From NCBI GenBank assembly GCA_040285855.1, contig JAUFOQ010000005.1:1922001-1986000 (forward strand): a stretch of DNA of 64,000 nucleotides. Reading direction: 5' to 3'. Under the pieces are notes generated by a model. The model searched no databases. It was not told the origin of the DNA and was given only the letters and a program-made list of their open reading frames with translations. This document shows, piece after piece, positions 35,414 through 47,611 of this stretch. The stretch is from Eukaryota sp. GEM-RC1. Its lineage: Eukaryota. The translations under genes were made by a program, and so were the position numbers. The first letter of the stretch is position 1, and each line of letters begins with the position of its first letter.

Positions 35414-36220
35414 ATGTTACTAACTTTTTTCTTCTACTGTGCCATGTCTTCCTCATTGCTCACACCGACAATCTCCGTACTCATCCTCATAAGAAAAGGT
35501 AATGCAATAAGGAGTTGTCTTCTTGGTGCTAACATGTCTTCCTTACTGCTCACACCGGCAATCTCCGTACGCATCCTCATAGGAAAAGATAATGTAATAA
35601 GGAGTTGTCTTCTTGGTGCTAACATGTCTTCCTCACTGCTCACACCGACAATCTCCGAAAAAAGTGGTAGCCACTGGTTCAGAGATCTTACAGTCGACGG
35701 GGACGTCGAATCAAACCCAGGGCCTCAAGCTGAATTCATCAATCTTGAAAAACTCTATCATATCAGTTGCGCTGATATTCCTCATAAATGTGGTCTTCAT
35801 CCTGTTAAACGTGTTTGTGGGTACATGATATGTAGTTGCCTAGACCATCATCGAATATACACTGGAAAAATTCATCGACCTCCACTTGACTCAGTATCGC
35901 AAGTCCCTCCTTGTCCATTACCCATTCAATCTTACTTGTTTGAGTTGGAATCACACGTCCAAAAGCAAACTCATGAAATAAAGCGATCGGAAATAATAGA
36001 TTTTGTTTCTTCAAAAGAGTCAAACTATGTCCCACTATGTCCTGACGATATGTTTTCCAAATTTCTTCAGTACCACAAACAGTGCTTGGAAGATATAGGC
36101 AATCGTGAATTACCTGTGTTACCTCTCATCAGTTCATCTCTGAGCGAACCAGAATGTCAAACCTATCGAATATGTAATAGGTGTATGCTTCCTGGTCATA
36201 AATTTTCTTTCAAAAAGTAA
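35414..36220 (+). CDS. 2A-peptide-containing Cys/His-rich ORF (retroelement ORF1/gag-like, truncated)
   Basis: WFRDLTVDGDVESNPGP matches the D(V/I)ExNPGP 2A consensus. Cys/His cluster follows; the ORF ends in a partial knuckle CNRCMLPGH. Confidence 0.7.
   Translation: MLLTFFFYCAMSSSLLTPTISVLILIRKGNAIRSCLLGANMSSLLLTPAISVRILIGKDNVIRSCLLGANMSSSLLTPTISEKSGSHWFRDLTVDGDVESNPGPQAEFINLEKLYHISCADIPHKCGLHPVKRVCGYMICSCLDHHRIYTGKIHRPPLDSVSQVPPCPLPIQSYLFELESHVQKQTHEIKRSEIIDFVSSKESNYVPLCPDDMFSKFLQYHKQCLEDIGNRELPVLPLISSSLSEPECQTYRICNRCMLPGHKFSFKK
35444..35657 (+). repeat. 90-bp tandem repeat, about 2.4 copies, directly upstream of the 2A motif
   Basis: Units begin ATGTCTTCCT at 35444, 35534 and 35624. Confidence 0.95.
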
Positions 36221-37593
36221 TCTACCGCCGTAATACTACATGTAATGTTACACGAAACGTGTGAATTTCAATTTGGAAACGTTTCCGAAACGTGTTTTTT
36301 ACGTGTCTAATCTTATGACTCACTCTCACCCTAAATCTTCTAACTTGTTTCATGAAGGAGCTGCCAGATTACTTCACGACAGTCATCATTGACTGAACTG
36401 ATGAGGATGTGATCATTGTTGAAGATGATACTCATCTTCCGGTGTCTGTATTATCGTCTAGTGTGGAAGGATAAAGATCCCAAGGTATTATGTAAGCCTT
36501 GCGGTTATAGACCCTTTGTAGAAAGTACCCACCGGATGAGGCAATATCGGTATGCTCTTCCTGGGAACAAAACTTGTAAAAACCTCAATCTGAATCAGAG
36601 TCTGACATTGACCCTCTTTTAGATATACTCGAGGACGATCAATAATAGAGCAGAATGAGTGTTCACCCACTCTGTATGATATGCTTGAAGGTTATAGTTT
36701 TTGGTGAGTTAGTATGACAATAAACACTATGTAACACTGTATAAGTATGATGTTCTAATGGACGTTTCGAAACCGTCTATCACGTTTGCAATCCGTTTTC
36801 AAATGCAATCGATGGAAAACAATCGAAACTCATCTACATGTACATTTACTAGTTGTAATAATGAGGTTTTTTCTTCTTCTTTGAGATCAGAATGCTCTGA
36901 AACGTTCTAAGTTGCAATATATAGCAAGACACAAGACAGTAGTAGGTATCAGTGTTCGAAATTTCCCACGTGTTTTTTAAAAGACACCGTGTCGGTGTTA
37001 ACACGTGTGTCCACACGGTGTCTTTGATGTGTCTTTTGGGTGTTTTTGCGTGTTAGACATCAAAACCCTGTAGGATGTTGATTGACGTACCACAAGAACT
37101 TTTTTATCTAGCAACCCTCCAAACTCGCCAAAAGAGTTCCCTAAAAAAGCATAACACATGGTCTAAACCAACGCTATAACGTAGACGTAGACGGAAGATA
37201 TATTTATGATAAACAATCTTATCGAATCGTGTTTATGGGGAGAACCAACAAGAAACTATACAGAACTACCGTGAAACGAAAGAACAAACCCAAATTGATA
37301 GGGAAATAGAAGGGGCGATGGAAGATGTAGATCCGTTCTCGTAGTATCTGGAGATGTGTTACTCTAACTACTCAGAGAGGAGGGTGATACAACGTACCTA
37401 GGCTGATGCTTGGAAAATGAATCATGTCATTATAGGTTGAAGCGAGATGATCATGTCTCTTCTTCACTCTGTCATGTCCAAATAGGGTCAGCATGAAGTT
37501 ACTCCACTGCAGTGAATTTCATTCCAAACGCATAATTCCTGTTTTTCCATAAGAATTTCCCCTTATCAATTTATCCACATATCCAAACAATAA

Positions 37594-38640
37594 ATGACCA
37601 ATTCGCAACCCTTTTCGCCTCCGCCTCTGGATTTAAATTATGATGGGTTTGAAGACGATTCTGTTGAAAGACCCAACACGTCTATATCCAATAATGGCTT
37701 TGAAGACGATTCTGTTGAAAGACCCACCACGTCTATATCACTTGCACGCATTGAAAATGCCTCTTCTGTTCCAGTTTCCCTAGTATATGCTCGGTCTCAA
37801 AATTCTGGTTCAAAGCTGACAATGGACCCAGTTACTTTATACTTTCAAGATCTTGATGATTGCTTTTTCACGTCTCTCTCAACACTTTTCATGTGCCACT
37901 TTACAACAACTATAGACAAAGAAGGATGTCATGTACATCCTGAATCAAAGTTCGAATTCTACTTGAAGAAGAACAAGGAGTATTTCTCATCTCTAAAAAC
38001 AACTGTTTTACACCGGTGGATAAACAACTGGCTGGATTCACCTGATTCACCTGTTGCTTTTACCGTAAAGGTAGAAGCATCCAATATCTCTGCTTCAGCC
38101 CTGAAAAAGTATGAAGCCTTTATGACCTCGAAGGAACACAGGTCTTTTACCCCAGAAGTTCTGCGAAGTAAGAACCCAACGTGGGATGGAGAAGAAGACG
38201 CATGGATTAAGTTTGCAGACCTTTATGGAAAGAGTCCACAGTTGTCAGCTGTTGGTATTCCCGCTGAGTTGATTGTTTTGTTTTGGAGGAAAATCGATGA
38301 CCCTAACGGTTTGACTGATCAGGAACTTATTCATCGAGTTGCAGAAAATATTGCACAGAGACTGTCAGTCAGTTATTAGCAGTTGATTGCGCAGGTCCAT
38401 GATCTTCTAACAAGGCACTTTGACTCGATTAACCTCTTGCTTCCTTCACAAATTAGATCTGTCTTATCCGCGGCTGAACAAGAGCAATCCATGTCTACTA
38501 CTGCCCAACAGGAGGATCCCTTTATGACCCCTATCAATCATTATAGAAGAGCTCGGCTCTGCAAGACGTCTTTCACCCAATTGAAGAAGACATCGAATGA
38601 AAATGATGTCCCCACGGAGCACCACCAAAGTAGATTGTGA
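37594..38640 (+). CDS. Accessory ORF convergent with the DD34E transposase (one internal TAG at 38377-38379)
   Basis: ORFs 37594-38379 and 38383-38640 are in the same frame. A 51-bp internal duplication encodes GFEDDSVERP twice. The stop is 53 bp from the transposase stop. Confidence 0.6.
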
Positions 38641-38693
38641 TATTGTTTCATAATTTTTCATTAATAAATACAAATCGTCATTACAATTATGCT

Positions 38694-39893
38694 TTATTGA
38701 AACAATGATCGTCGACTGTTAGTGGTTTGACTATCTTTCAATCTGATAAAGAGAGCAGCATTTGAGAGATAAGGAGACCTGTAATATCGGTGTTGCCTCC
38801 ATCCAGCCTTGTCAAACAATCTCCGGCATTCGTAATACATTTTGGACTCCGTCAGTCGCTTTACAAAAGCCAGATGATCTACATTAGCTCTGTCCTGGAA
38901 ATGAAACTCATCTCTTAACTTCCTCTTCAAAATGCCGAAAAATAATTCGATTGGATTGCTCTCAGGGCAATATGGAGGCAAACCGAAGTACTCGATACCA
39001 CATTTTCTCAAACCTTCTGAAATAGCCTCATGAATATGGATTCGACATCCATCAAGTATAATTTTACTATGGGTTGCTCCAGCAGCACCCAAATAGCCTC
39101 CTTGAATCAGCCCAAATAAAAAGTTAACAAAGTCTTTTCGATCAAAATGTCCGTACTGAGCTTCACAATATATGAAACCATCCATACCAATAGCCACACA
39201 GAGACTTATTTGAAAGTGTTGCATTTGACCAAGTTCTCGGTCAATTTGCACCCCTGCCGGTGAGTATCCATAAGTTCGTTCATAGTCTTCGATTCTAAAC
39301 GATACTTCGTCAATAAACACAAGTTGACTTTGTATAACAATTCCGACACGGTTGTTCCACATACACTCAAATTTTGTGATGAGCTGTATACGAGCTCTCC
39401 TCACAAGGGCAACACATCGTTTGCGAGTATAATTAAGCGAAGCTATAGCTCTCTGGATAGTTGAAACCGAAACGTCTTTATTTCTATGAATAGAGATCAG
39501 ACCTACAATTTCCCTGAGATACAAAGGAGGATCTGCATCAAGAACAGATTTAATAAAAGATTTATCATCAGAATCGAGTACACCTACGTTACCAGAGGTC
39601 TTATACGAATCTTTGTCCTCAAAAGCGGAAGATATCCAACGGGATATCGTAGATTGTTTTACATTAAAGAAGAATGCAACCTCTTCTTGGGTTTTGTTTA
39701 ACCAGAAGTAAGTATAGACAGCTCTGGTTTTCGTATCTTCAGAGGCGTTGACTGAGCGTTTGTGAAACTTCCGTATCTGGATGATTTCTTGAATTCCGTT
39801 CAAAATATTTACCACCCAGATTCTAGTCTTGTTCATTCTTCCTTCAACATCCCATGTAGATATGTCCACGCTATGGATATTTGATTGACCCAT
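38694..39893 (-). CDS. IS630/Tc1-mariner superfamily DD34E transposase, intact ORF
   Basis: HTH TQEEVAFFFNVKQSTISRW, second HTH VSVSTIQR, LVFIDE, ILDGCRIH and LPPYCPESNPIE, with 34 residues between the second D and E. Candidate terminus ..TTTTGACTG|TA at 40029. Confidence 0.93.
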   Translation of the reverse strand: MGQSNIHSVDISTWDVEGRMNKTRIWVVNILNGIQEIIQIRKFHKRSVNASEDTKTRAVYTYFWLNKTQEEVAFFFNVKQSTISRWISSAFEDKDSYKTSGNVGVLDSDDKSFIKSVLDADPPLYLREIVGLISIHRNKDVSVSTIQRAIASLNYTRKRCVALVRRARIQLITKFECMWNNRVGIVIQSQLVFIDEVSFRIEDYERTYGYSPAGVQIDRELGQMQHFQISLCVAIGMDGFIYCEAQYGHFDRKDFVNFLFGLIQGGYLGAAGATHSKIILDGCRIHIHEAISEGLRKCGIEYFGLPPYCPESNPIELFFGILKRKLRDEFHFQDRANVDHLAFVKRLTESKMYYECRRLFDKAGWRQHRYYRSPYLSNAALFIRLKDSQTTNSRRSLFQ

Positions 39894-41101
39894 ACTTTGT
39901 TCTTTCTAGATCTTCTTGAAATAAACACTCATTGTTGAGATTGGAGCTTGCAGAGTGCGTTTATTCTATATAGCGTGAAACTTTATATAGCGTAGGTACA
40001 TATAGTCCCGCTATAAACAGTTTTGACTGTAGTTTGTATTTCGTTAATGTAAAAAATAAAACTAAAAATAGTTTATTAAGTGCAAAAACTGGTCATGTTT
40101 TGCATCTCAAATGTTTTGATTGCAAACATTAAGTGTAATCACATCAATGACCGCCAGGTCATCCTCGACTTATGAAACAATGAGATCTGCATTTCTTCTA
40201 CTGACAGTCTTATTTGAATCGCTATTTATCATATTATTCGTCGCAAATGAGTTCAAAAATGATTCAACAACAGATTCAATTTTGTAGGATCAACACATTA
40301 CATGAATTTGATCTCTTACAGCATCATGAATGCAAAATCGATAAGTAATGAAGCGATTACAACTGCAACTCAAAAAGTGAGAAAATGTAACTAAATCACT
40401 ACTTGTAGTATCAGATCAATTATTAATTTTCATGAACCGCGTCATACACAGAAATAGACCATTATTTTTGAATGGATTGGTTGTATGTCTGTAATATAGG
40501 TATCATATTTTCAAATACGTTGGGTGATATGTAGATACATGTATCTTTTGAACGTTCAAAACATCTGTAAATAAAGACCGATCTCATGTCTTCACACAAA
40601 ATAATTAATATAAGAAAAGTACCAGCATAAGTTTCATCAATTTCTTCCCTGAATGGAATCTCCAGTTCCACAATTTCTCGAGTTAAGGACATATACTTAG
40701 TTCGGAATTATTTCTGTCAATCTGTCCTTGAGTTTCTTTGGGTCATTTTTTATACGATTTCCTAACTTCAATAGGCATCTTAGAATAGAAAGTGTCTGGA
40801 TTCAATTAATCGGAGATCTTTTCTTTAAGACTAGGATTTAAATTTTGAATTTTAAACATTCAATATGGCTTCCCAATTCCATATCAAATGAGGACAATCA
40901 AGTTCATGAACAGTTTTTCAACTTATCAGTCTAATAGTTTCAAATTCATATCCGGTACGACACTGTCTTTTTCGGAATTTTGGTCTATTTGAACGCAATA
41001 CACATCAATACATCAATACTGTCGGTTGGTGATGTGTAATTGACGGTCTTTGATTAGTTGGGGTGTACAATAACAAAATTGAACAAAATTAATGCAAAAC
41101 A

Positions 41102-41172
41102 TGCATCCGCCGGGAATCGAACCCGGGTCACATCGATGGCAACGACGTATTCTACCACTAAACCACGAACGC
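41102..41172 (-). tRNA. tRNA-Gly(GCC)
   Basis: GCGTTCGTGGTTTAGTGGTAGAATACGTCGTTGCCATCGATGTGACCCGGGTTCGATTCCCGGCGGATGCA: 7-bp acceptor stem, D arm, anticodon arm CGTCG-TTGCCAT-CGATG, GTTCGA T-loop, and TTTT 2 nt downstream. Confidence 0.96.
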
Positions 41173-41279
41173 ATTTTAGATTGTCACGTGGTACTGGCAA
41201 CGTTACCGTGGGCATATGTAACTATACACACCTAAATCCATCCCTGAGGAAAAGGGGCTTTCTTCGAACAGAAAAAGTA

Positions 41280-42552
41280 AACGTCAATGTCACTAAGAAG
41301 TCATTTGTTTACTTCTGCTCATTTTGGTGGTATTGGATTTATCAAACCTTCAATTCTTTGCAAATCTGCTTTTTTAGTCGGTGGAAAAAATTTCATCTTT
41401 GAATTTGTTAATCGATTTCCTAATGATATTTCCCTTATTAACCCCAATTCATGTAAATATTTATTTGACTTAAACGAAGCGTTAACCAAATTACCCTTTG
41501 ACGTTTGGTCTCAGTGTTTCCCAGAATCTGTGTCTGAAATACCTGAAAGATGTTTGACTAATCTTCAGTTCTGTCTGAAAAAATTACAACAGAAACTCAC
41601 AAATATTTGTGAAAGCTTGGATTATAATGTTCGACTTGGCATGGCCAATGAAAAAATCCCGCTTTTGGAAACTTCTTAATGGATGTTTCTAATAGCTCTG
41701 CTTCATGTCTGATTACTCACATCCCTCAAGTTTACGGTCTTCTTCTTGATGATAACTCTTGGTCATTAAACATGCGTTTACGGTCATATATTTGGCCTGA
41801 TAACCTTCCACACAATTTGAAATGCCAATGTGGGCAATCTGTAACACCTACACATTTATTGAATTGTAACCGTTTTATTTCTTTTAGAAGTAAGGTTCAT
41901 GATTCAGTAAGGGATCAATTATATTGTATGTGTAAATCCTATAGAATAGTTTCCTTTTTAGAACCAGTTCTGGCTGGTTTGTTTGGTGATACAGATGTTG
42001 ACAAATCGTTTGGAAATAGCCGTGGTGATGTCATATTTCCTGGTCTCGATGGATCTTTCATTATTGCTGATGTTATGTCTATCGATGTTTGTAATGATTC
42101 CAACAAGAAACTTGCTAAATCTAATGCTGAAAACCCCTTGTTGATTGGTGAAAAATTGAAAATGCAAAAATATTGGGCTAAATTGAAATTATTGAATTCG
42201 GCTTCACACTCGAATTACTTGTACCCTTTTGTATTTTGACTGTACGGTTCTTTAGGTGAATCTGCATCATCATTACTTGAAATCTTTGTGAAGATTGTGG
42301 AGGAAAAACATCTAGGACTTTTGATCTTAAATTTTGGAAAAATCGAATCGTGTTTGCTATCTTTAAAGGTATGGTCACTTCTGTATCTAGCGCTTTATTA
42401 TCTCTTGGCAGACATTATGAAGATAAGGTAGGTGAAAATTTCCAGTTAGGCAATCTGGACTTTGAGGATATTGATTATTAGATGTACATATGTACACTGT
42501 AGTGTTATTGTCTATTACATTTAGAATAAATAATTAAGTTGTGAAAAAAAAA
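41280..42552 (+). mobile_element. 5'-truncated non-LTR retrotransposon with CCHC finger and restriction-like endonuclease (CRE/R2-type architecture)
   Basis: FGGIGF (post-RT motif), CQCGQSVTPTHLLNC, RSKVHD, RGD..D..EKLKMQKY, YPFVF*LYGSLG. The 3' end has AATAAA and an A9 tail at 42544-42552. Confidence 0.8.
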
Positions 42553-42819
42553 TCTATAAAGAGCAAACATAATTCAATTAATCCATACAGCGCTATTAAA
42601 CACCTTGCCATTAGAACGACATAAAAAACTAAAATCACTGAAAAACTTAAAACCAGCTGGACCAACATTACCAAAAATTTAAATGGCAAATGGAACAAAT
42701 GAAAACTTAGAATGTAGATTTTCATTAAGCTTCTGCAAAGCATCCGCATAATTTGTTCAACCTTTTCCAGATGACCATTGGAATCATTCAATATGGAGTC
42801 TTGGTAGACCTTTGCAAAC

Positions 42820-43080
42820 GGAAAAAATTGAGGTTATTGAATTCAGTTTCACACTCGAATTACTTGTTGTACTCCCTTGTATTTTCACTGTACGGTTCTT
42901 TAGGTGATTCGGCAACATCATTAGTTGAAATCTTTGTGAAGATTGCAAAAGAAAAAACATCTAGGACTTTTGATATTAGATTTTGGTAAAATCGAATCGC
43001 GTATGCTATCTTTAAAGGTATGGTGACTTCCGTAATCTAGCGCTTTGTTATCTCTTGGCAGACATTATGAGGAGATGCTG
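42820..43080 (+). mobile_element. Second copy of the retroelement 3' fragment
   Basis: Near-identical to 42178-42425 (TCACACTCGAATTACTTG..GGCAGACATTATGA). Confidence 0.8.
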
Positions 43081-44016
43081 TAGGTGACCAAATACAAGAT
43101 ATATGTAAGTCTTTCAAAATTGATTTATTTGTTGCACCACTTCTGAAAACTTTAGAATCAAATAATTCTGAAAACTTTAGAATTTTAATTATGTTGTTTT
43201 AATGATACAAACTTTTCATTTTTTCAATTTTTACATTAATAAATTTATGTGTAAACTGCGGACAAAATGTTGACAGATGAAATGGGCAAGAAACAGTATC
43301 TAAATAAAAGCTATGAAACACAAGACACAGAAAACTCCTGTTCAACAGAACCAAAGTTCTTATACAACTTCTGTAAAAAAACGTTAAGAACTATGGTATT
43401 AAACGTGTTTCCTATCAATAGTTTAATACCATAAGCTATCATTTACAAAGCAGTTAACTTCCGTTAGTATATTCATTTTCGATCAGTTATTCGTAATGTA
43501 GTATGGGTTTATTGTTCTCATAAGTTTCATTCTAAACTCTAACATCGTCCAGAACTAGAAAACTATGTCAAAAACATCATCTGAATCAGAACCACTTGTT
43601 CATCACCAATAGCATCATCTGACATTCGCAACTTGGTTTTAAAACCATCCAAGCTCTGCAGAACAGTGATGTCATTATTTGTATCCGTTTCATTTGCTGT
43701 TTCTACTGTTGCTAATAATGGTGAACCGACTCCTCTGTTTTTTGTGTGGTAACTATGTAGAAGTTAGAAGAAGAACTTCAGCTTGTGTATCAAAAGTACT
43801 GGAAAAATGGATTGTTTAATTCCCTGTTCAGATCGATGCCCAAATCCATCACCACCACGTTGTTAAAGAACTGTCATGTTTTGAAAATGTCCAATGTTAA
43901 TACAAAGATATGATCTTGTTATTTATTTTCGTCCTCATTATCAAAAAACCTATTTTTTAGAGACATTTAAAAGCCAAGATCTAACCACACTAAAAAAGCA
44001 CAATTAGAATGCAAAT

Positions 44017-45489
44017 CTAAGCTTTTTTCAACACTTGTTTCTTAATAGACAATGAAATCAAAACCCCAATAAGCAAGAAACAACTCATTATAACAAACGA
44101 CAAGCTTCCCACTCCCAAATCCTCTAAAACTCCATAAACAGTTGGTCCTAGAAATCCAGCAAACGCCGTTCCAGTGAAAACAAACGGATAAACAAAAGAA
44201 AAGTTAATTTCGCTAAAGATTTCATTAACACAGACTGGTAACGCAACGTAAACAGCCCCGTAACATGAAGCAATAACAAACGCAATTATTAACAGGACAT
44301 ATGGGAATCCTGATAACGTAATAAAAACAATCAAAGAAACTGCTTGCGTAGCTAGAATTAAAGTTAAAGTATTAGGAGCTCCGATTAGATCGGCAACTTG
44401 CCCTAAAAGGATTCTAACAATACCATTTCCAAGATTAAAGGAGACAGCAGTCGCCATTAAAGTCCACATCTTTGCTTCCTCTGAAGAAAATCCTCGTTCT
44501 AAAAGCTTTTTTTCAGGGAGAATTCTGAGAGCTCCCAAAATCATGAAACCCGCTGAACTAGCTATTACCAGAGTGAAGAAACATTGCCAAAAGTTAGTCA
44601 TTTTTAATAAACTTTTGAGATACAATCGCTCTTCAGTTGATTGATTAGAAATGATAGGTTCAATTTCCCTCTCAGAAATGACAGAAAACCTTCTAGAACA
44701 AGCATCAGAGTCAGACTCGAGCTCCTCGTCTATCTCCTTCATTCGAGTTTTCTCCACCACCACATCAATCATTGATAACTCTGACAAGGCTGACATCACT
44801 GATGCACTTTTTTGAATTGAAGGTATCTCATTGTCATCAACAATTGGCTCCAACTCTTTTGATTCCTTCTTATGATGACGTGTGTTTGTCTTCTCATCAG
44901 TCTTGGTCACCATGAAAAGACCAGCAAGAAAGATTATCAATGGAGCTGTTAGAGAGAAGACCCGAAACAAAACTTGAGGAGAGTTGGTTTTTAAAATTTG
45001 TTCAACTAGAAATGACCATATCAATGATCCACTGCCAAACATACCTGCCACAAGGCCAGAAATAGCTCCTTTCTTGTTGGGAAAATAAGTGAGGCAGATC
45101 TTGAGAGCAACTATATAGGAGATTCCCACACTGCCTGCCACAAATAGACCAAGACCTAAGGCGATGCTGATGAAGGAAACACCACCAGCAAAGGAAGCAA
45201 TTGTGTAACCAAAGAACATCAATAAGCTGGAGCATGTGGTGAGGAATCTGAAGCTGTAGAACTTAAGGAGAAAAGGAGCAAGCATGGGAGCTAAGCCCTC
45301 AACAATTTGAACACAAGACCAGACAGCTTGAGTTTCTTTGGTCGTCCAGTCATACTGAGAGGTCAGAAAAGGAATTATAGTGGGAAAAGAATAGTTGACT
45401 CCAAGGGATATCTGAATGAGCGCGGAAGCGATGATGACAACGGAGCGATTGTCAGTGAGAAATGTTCGTAATCTGTGATCGGAAAGCAT
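44017..45489 (-). CDS. MFS transporter, oxalate:formate antiporter (OFA)-like, copy 1
   Basis: 490 aa, 6+6 TM layout, YFPNKKGAISGLV, NLGNGIVRILLGQVADLIG. Confidence 0.9.
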   Translation of the reverse strand: MLSDHRLRTFLTDNRSVVIIASALIQISLGVNYSFPTIIPFLTSQYDWTTKETQAVWSCVQIVEGLAPMLAPFLLKFYSFRFLTTCSSLLMFFGYTIASFAGGVSFISIALGLGLFVAGSVGISYIVALKICLTYFPNKKGAISGLVAGMFGSGSLIWSFLVEQILKTNSPQVLFRVFSLTAPLIIFLAGLFMVTKTDEKTNTRHHKKESKELEPIVDDNEIPSIQKSASVMSALSELSMIDVVVEKTRMKEIDEELESDSDACSRRFSVISEREIEPIISNQSTEERLYLKSLLKMTNFWQCFFTLVIASSAGFMILGALRILPEKKLLERGFSSEEAKMWTLMATAVSFNLGNGIVRILLGQVADLIGAPNTLTLILATQAVSLIVFITLSGFPYVLLIIAFVIASCYGAVYVALPVCVNEIFSEINFSFVYPFVFTGTAFAGFLGPTVYGVLEDLGVGSLSFVIMSCFLLIGVLISLSIKKQVLKKA

Positions 45490-46788
45490 GTCAAAAGTGG
45501 TGTCACCAAAGAAGGTTCACCTTTAATGGAACTACCATTAGAAGATCGAAGTTGGAATTTCTTACTTTACTTCTTCAAACAAAAAGACATTCTTAAAGAA
45601 TGCTAAATGTGAAACTTCCCCTTTATACATTTCTGAACAAACCAATCATGATAAGTACAAGAAAAAAAAATAATGGCTCTAACACAGGTAAATTTGAAAT
45701 AGAGGGTGTACGTCAACTTTATAGCCTTCATAACTGATTAGTTTTCGATATAAATTGGTTCTTACTGTCTCTTAACTATAAATGTTGAAAATCTGACAAG
45801 TGTTAAGACATTGCATTTCACCGGTTTTTACTTCAGTTTCATAGTGAGAAGCTTACAGCAATGCCATGTTATTAGTTCCTTTCTGAGGGGAATTTTTAAA
45901 TAACTTAAATTAATTACAATTGAATTGTCAGTTTTCACAAAGTTGTATAACAACTGTGGTACTGTTGACCAGAAACTTTCGGTGTCTCGTGTTTCATAGC
46001 TTTTATTATGATATGTATTATGTACCGTACATCAATAAGCGGTTATTTTTGATTACAGTTGAACAGTGAAAATTCATTCAGAATTGAAGGGTTCTTTGAT
46101 TACTATTGAATCAAAATTAAAACAAATTGATTATTCAATGTTTACGATCGTGGGATTATTCCCTTACTGAAACATTTGCTAACCAGTTTAATTCTATGAC
46201 AACTAATTTTCACTCCAATTTGGTTGAAATTAATGGGACTCAGACTCCGTATATATAGATTTATATTCGTCTGAATTCAGGTTTCACCCATGCAAAAATC
46301 GTCATAAAATCTGCTCTTTTAGACGTGTCAACAGTTTTCTGTTTGAGTTTTTGAAACGGTTTCCAGAGGACAGAATTACTCTGCTGAATTCCAGTAATAA
46401 TTGATAAATTCAATCTGCTAAAGTTCTAGTATCATCTTTGTCTCCTGAAGGGTGGGAATTTCCGTTTCTGCTCACTTGAAGGAGACTGTATTAAATGATA
46501 TTTGATCTTTACCATCTGCTGAATGTATGCTCCATAATAAATTGACTACGGAGTTTGAACTCTTGGACTTTAATAACGTACTGCAATAATACATTTTAAG
46601 AGGTTCTAAACTTACTCATAAATATTTTTTTTTTACAAATAGGACTGTTCGAGTCCCGGTTCCAACTTTAGTCCCGGTTCCAGTCTGGTTCTTGAGTTGG
46701 GTTTTTGATCCGAACAGTTTTGTATTTTTGTTTCTTCAGTTATATAAATTCTACTAGACATGTAGTTTGTAATTTCCCTGACATAAAT

Positions 46789-47474
46789 CAGGGAGGACTA
46801 ATAAATATTTAAATAAATATGATATTGTGATTCGATGATAATAAATATTTATTCAAACTCCATATTTTGCAATAAATATTGCAATATTTAAATAAATATG
46901 GATCTTAGTTGTGATGCCATTTATTAAGACAAAAATCATACTGATTGACAAAAACTTACTCATCATCACCGTTGTCTACAACTTCACCATCACTGCCTTT
47001 AGCTCTTCTTGTGTGACAATGTATTCACTAAAGGAAAGTCCCAATACTCCCGGTTTTCATGGAGAAACAGATGTTTATGAAGACTGTCTGGCTTAACAAA
47101 AGGACGACGACAGATTGCTAGCTTTAGTTCAGCTTTAATACACAGTCACGTGGCTGTCACAGTTTCATGGTAAGATTTATGGAAATAAATTCCAGATACT
47201 TGTTATTTTGCCTGACTTCTTGTTGTTTTCTGCTGACGGCGATGTGATGTTGAAACAATTGATAAATAATTAACAACTTAATGTCGCTGAACAACGGCAT
47301 TTCAGTTCAAATGTGTGTGTATTGTGATCACCTCTAAGTGTTTGACTTCAATCATATTTATTTAGATATTGCAATATCAGGCAATAAATATTGCACTTCC
47401 GAAACAGTCGAAATAAATATTTTTTGGAATGTTTATTTAAATATTACTATATAAATATTTACTAGTCCTCCCTG
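46789..47474. mobile_element. hAT-type MITE
   Basis: TIR CAGGGAGGACTA..TAGTCCTCCCTG, perfect 8-bp TSD ACATAAAT, AATAAATAT subterminal repeats. Confidence 0.92.
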
Positions 47475-47611
47475 ACATAAATGCTCCTTCGATATATTTA
47501 TATACAGTATACTCCCTCTAATTGAAACGACTTGGTGAATGGAGTTTCGTTTCAATTTACAGAGAGTTCCCAATTAGGAAAGTTTCTAGTTTCTCCACTT
47601 GTGTGTTTATT

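Noticed and set aside
36237..36842. Possible element bounded by TACATGTA palindromes
   Set aside because: The inverted match is too short, and no TSD or second copy is visible.
40462..40692. 76-aa minus-strand ORF near the tRNA
   Set aside because: No domain similarity recognised and no convincing exon structure.
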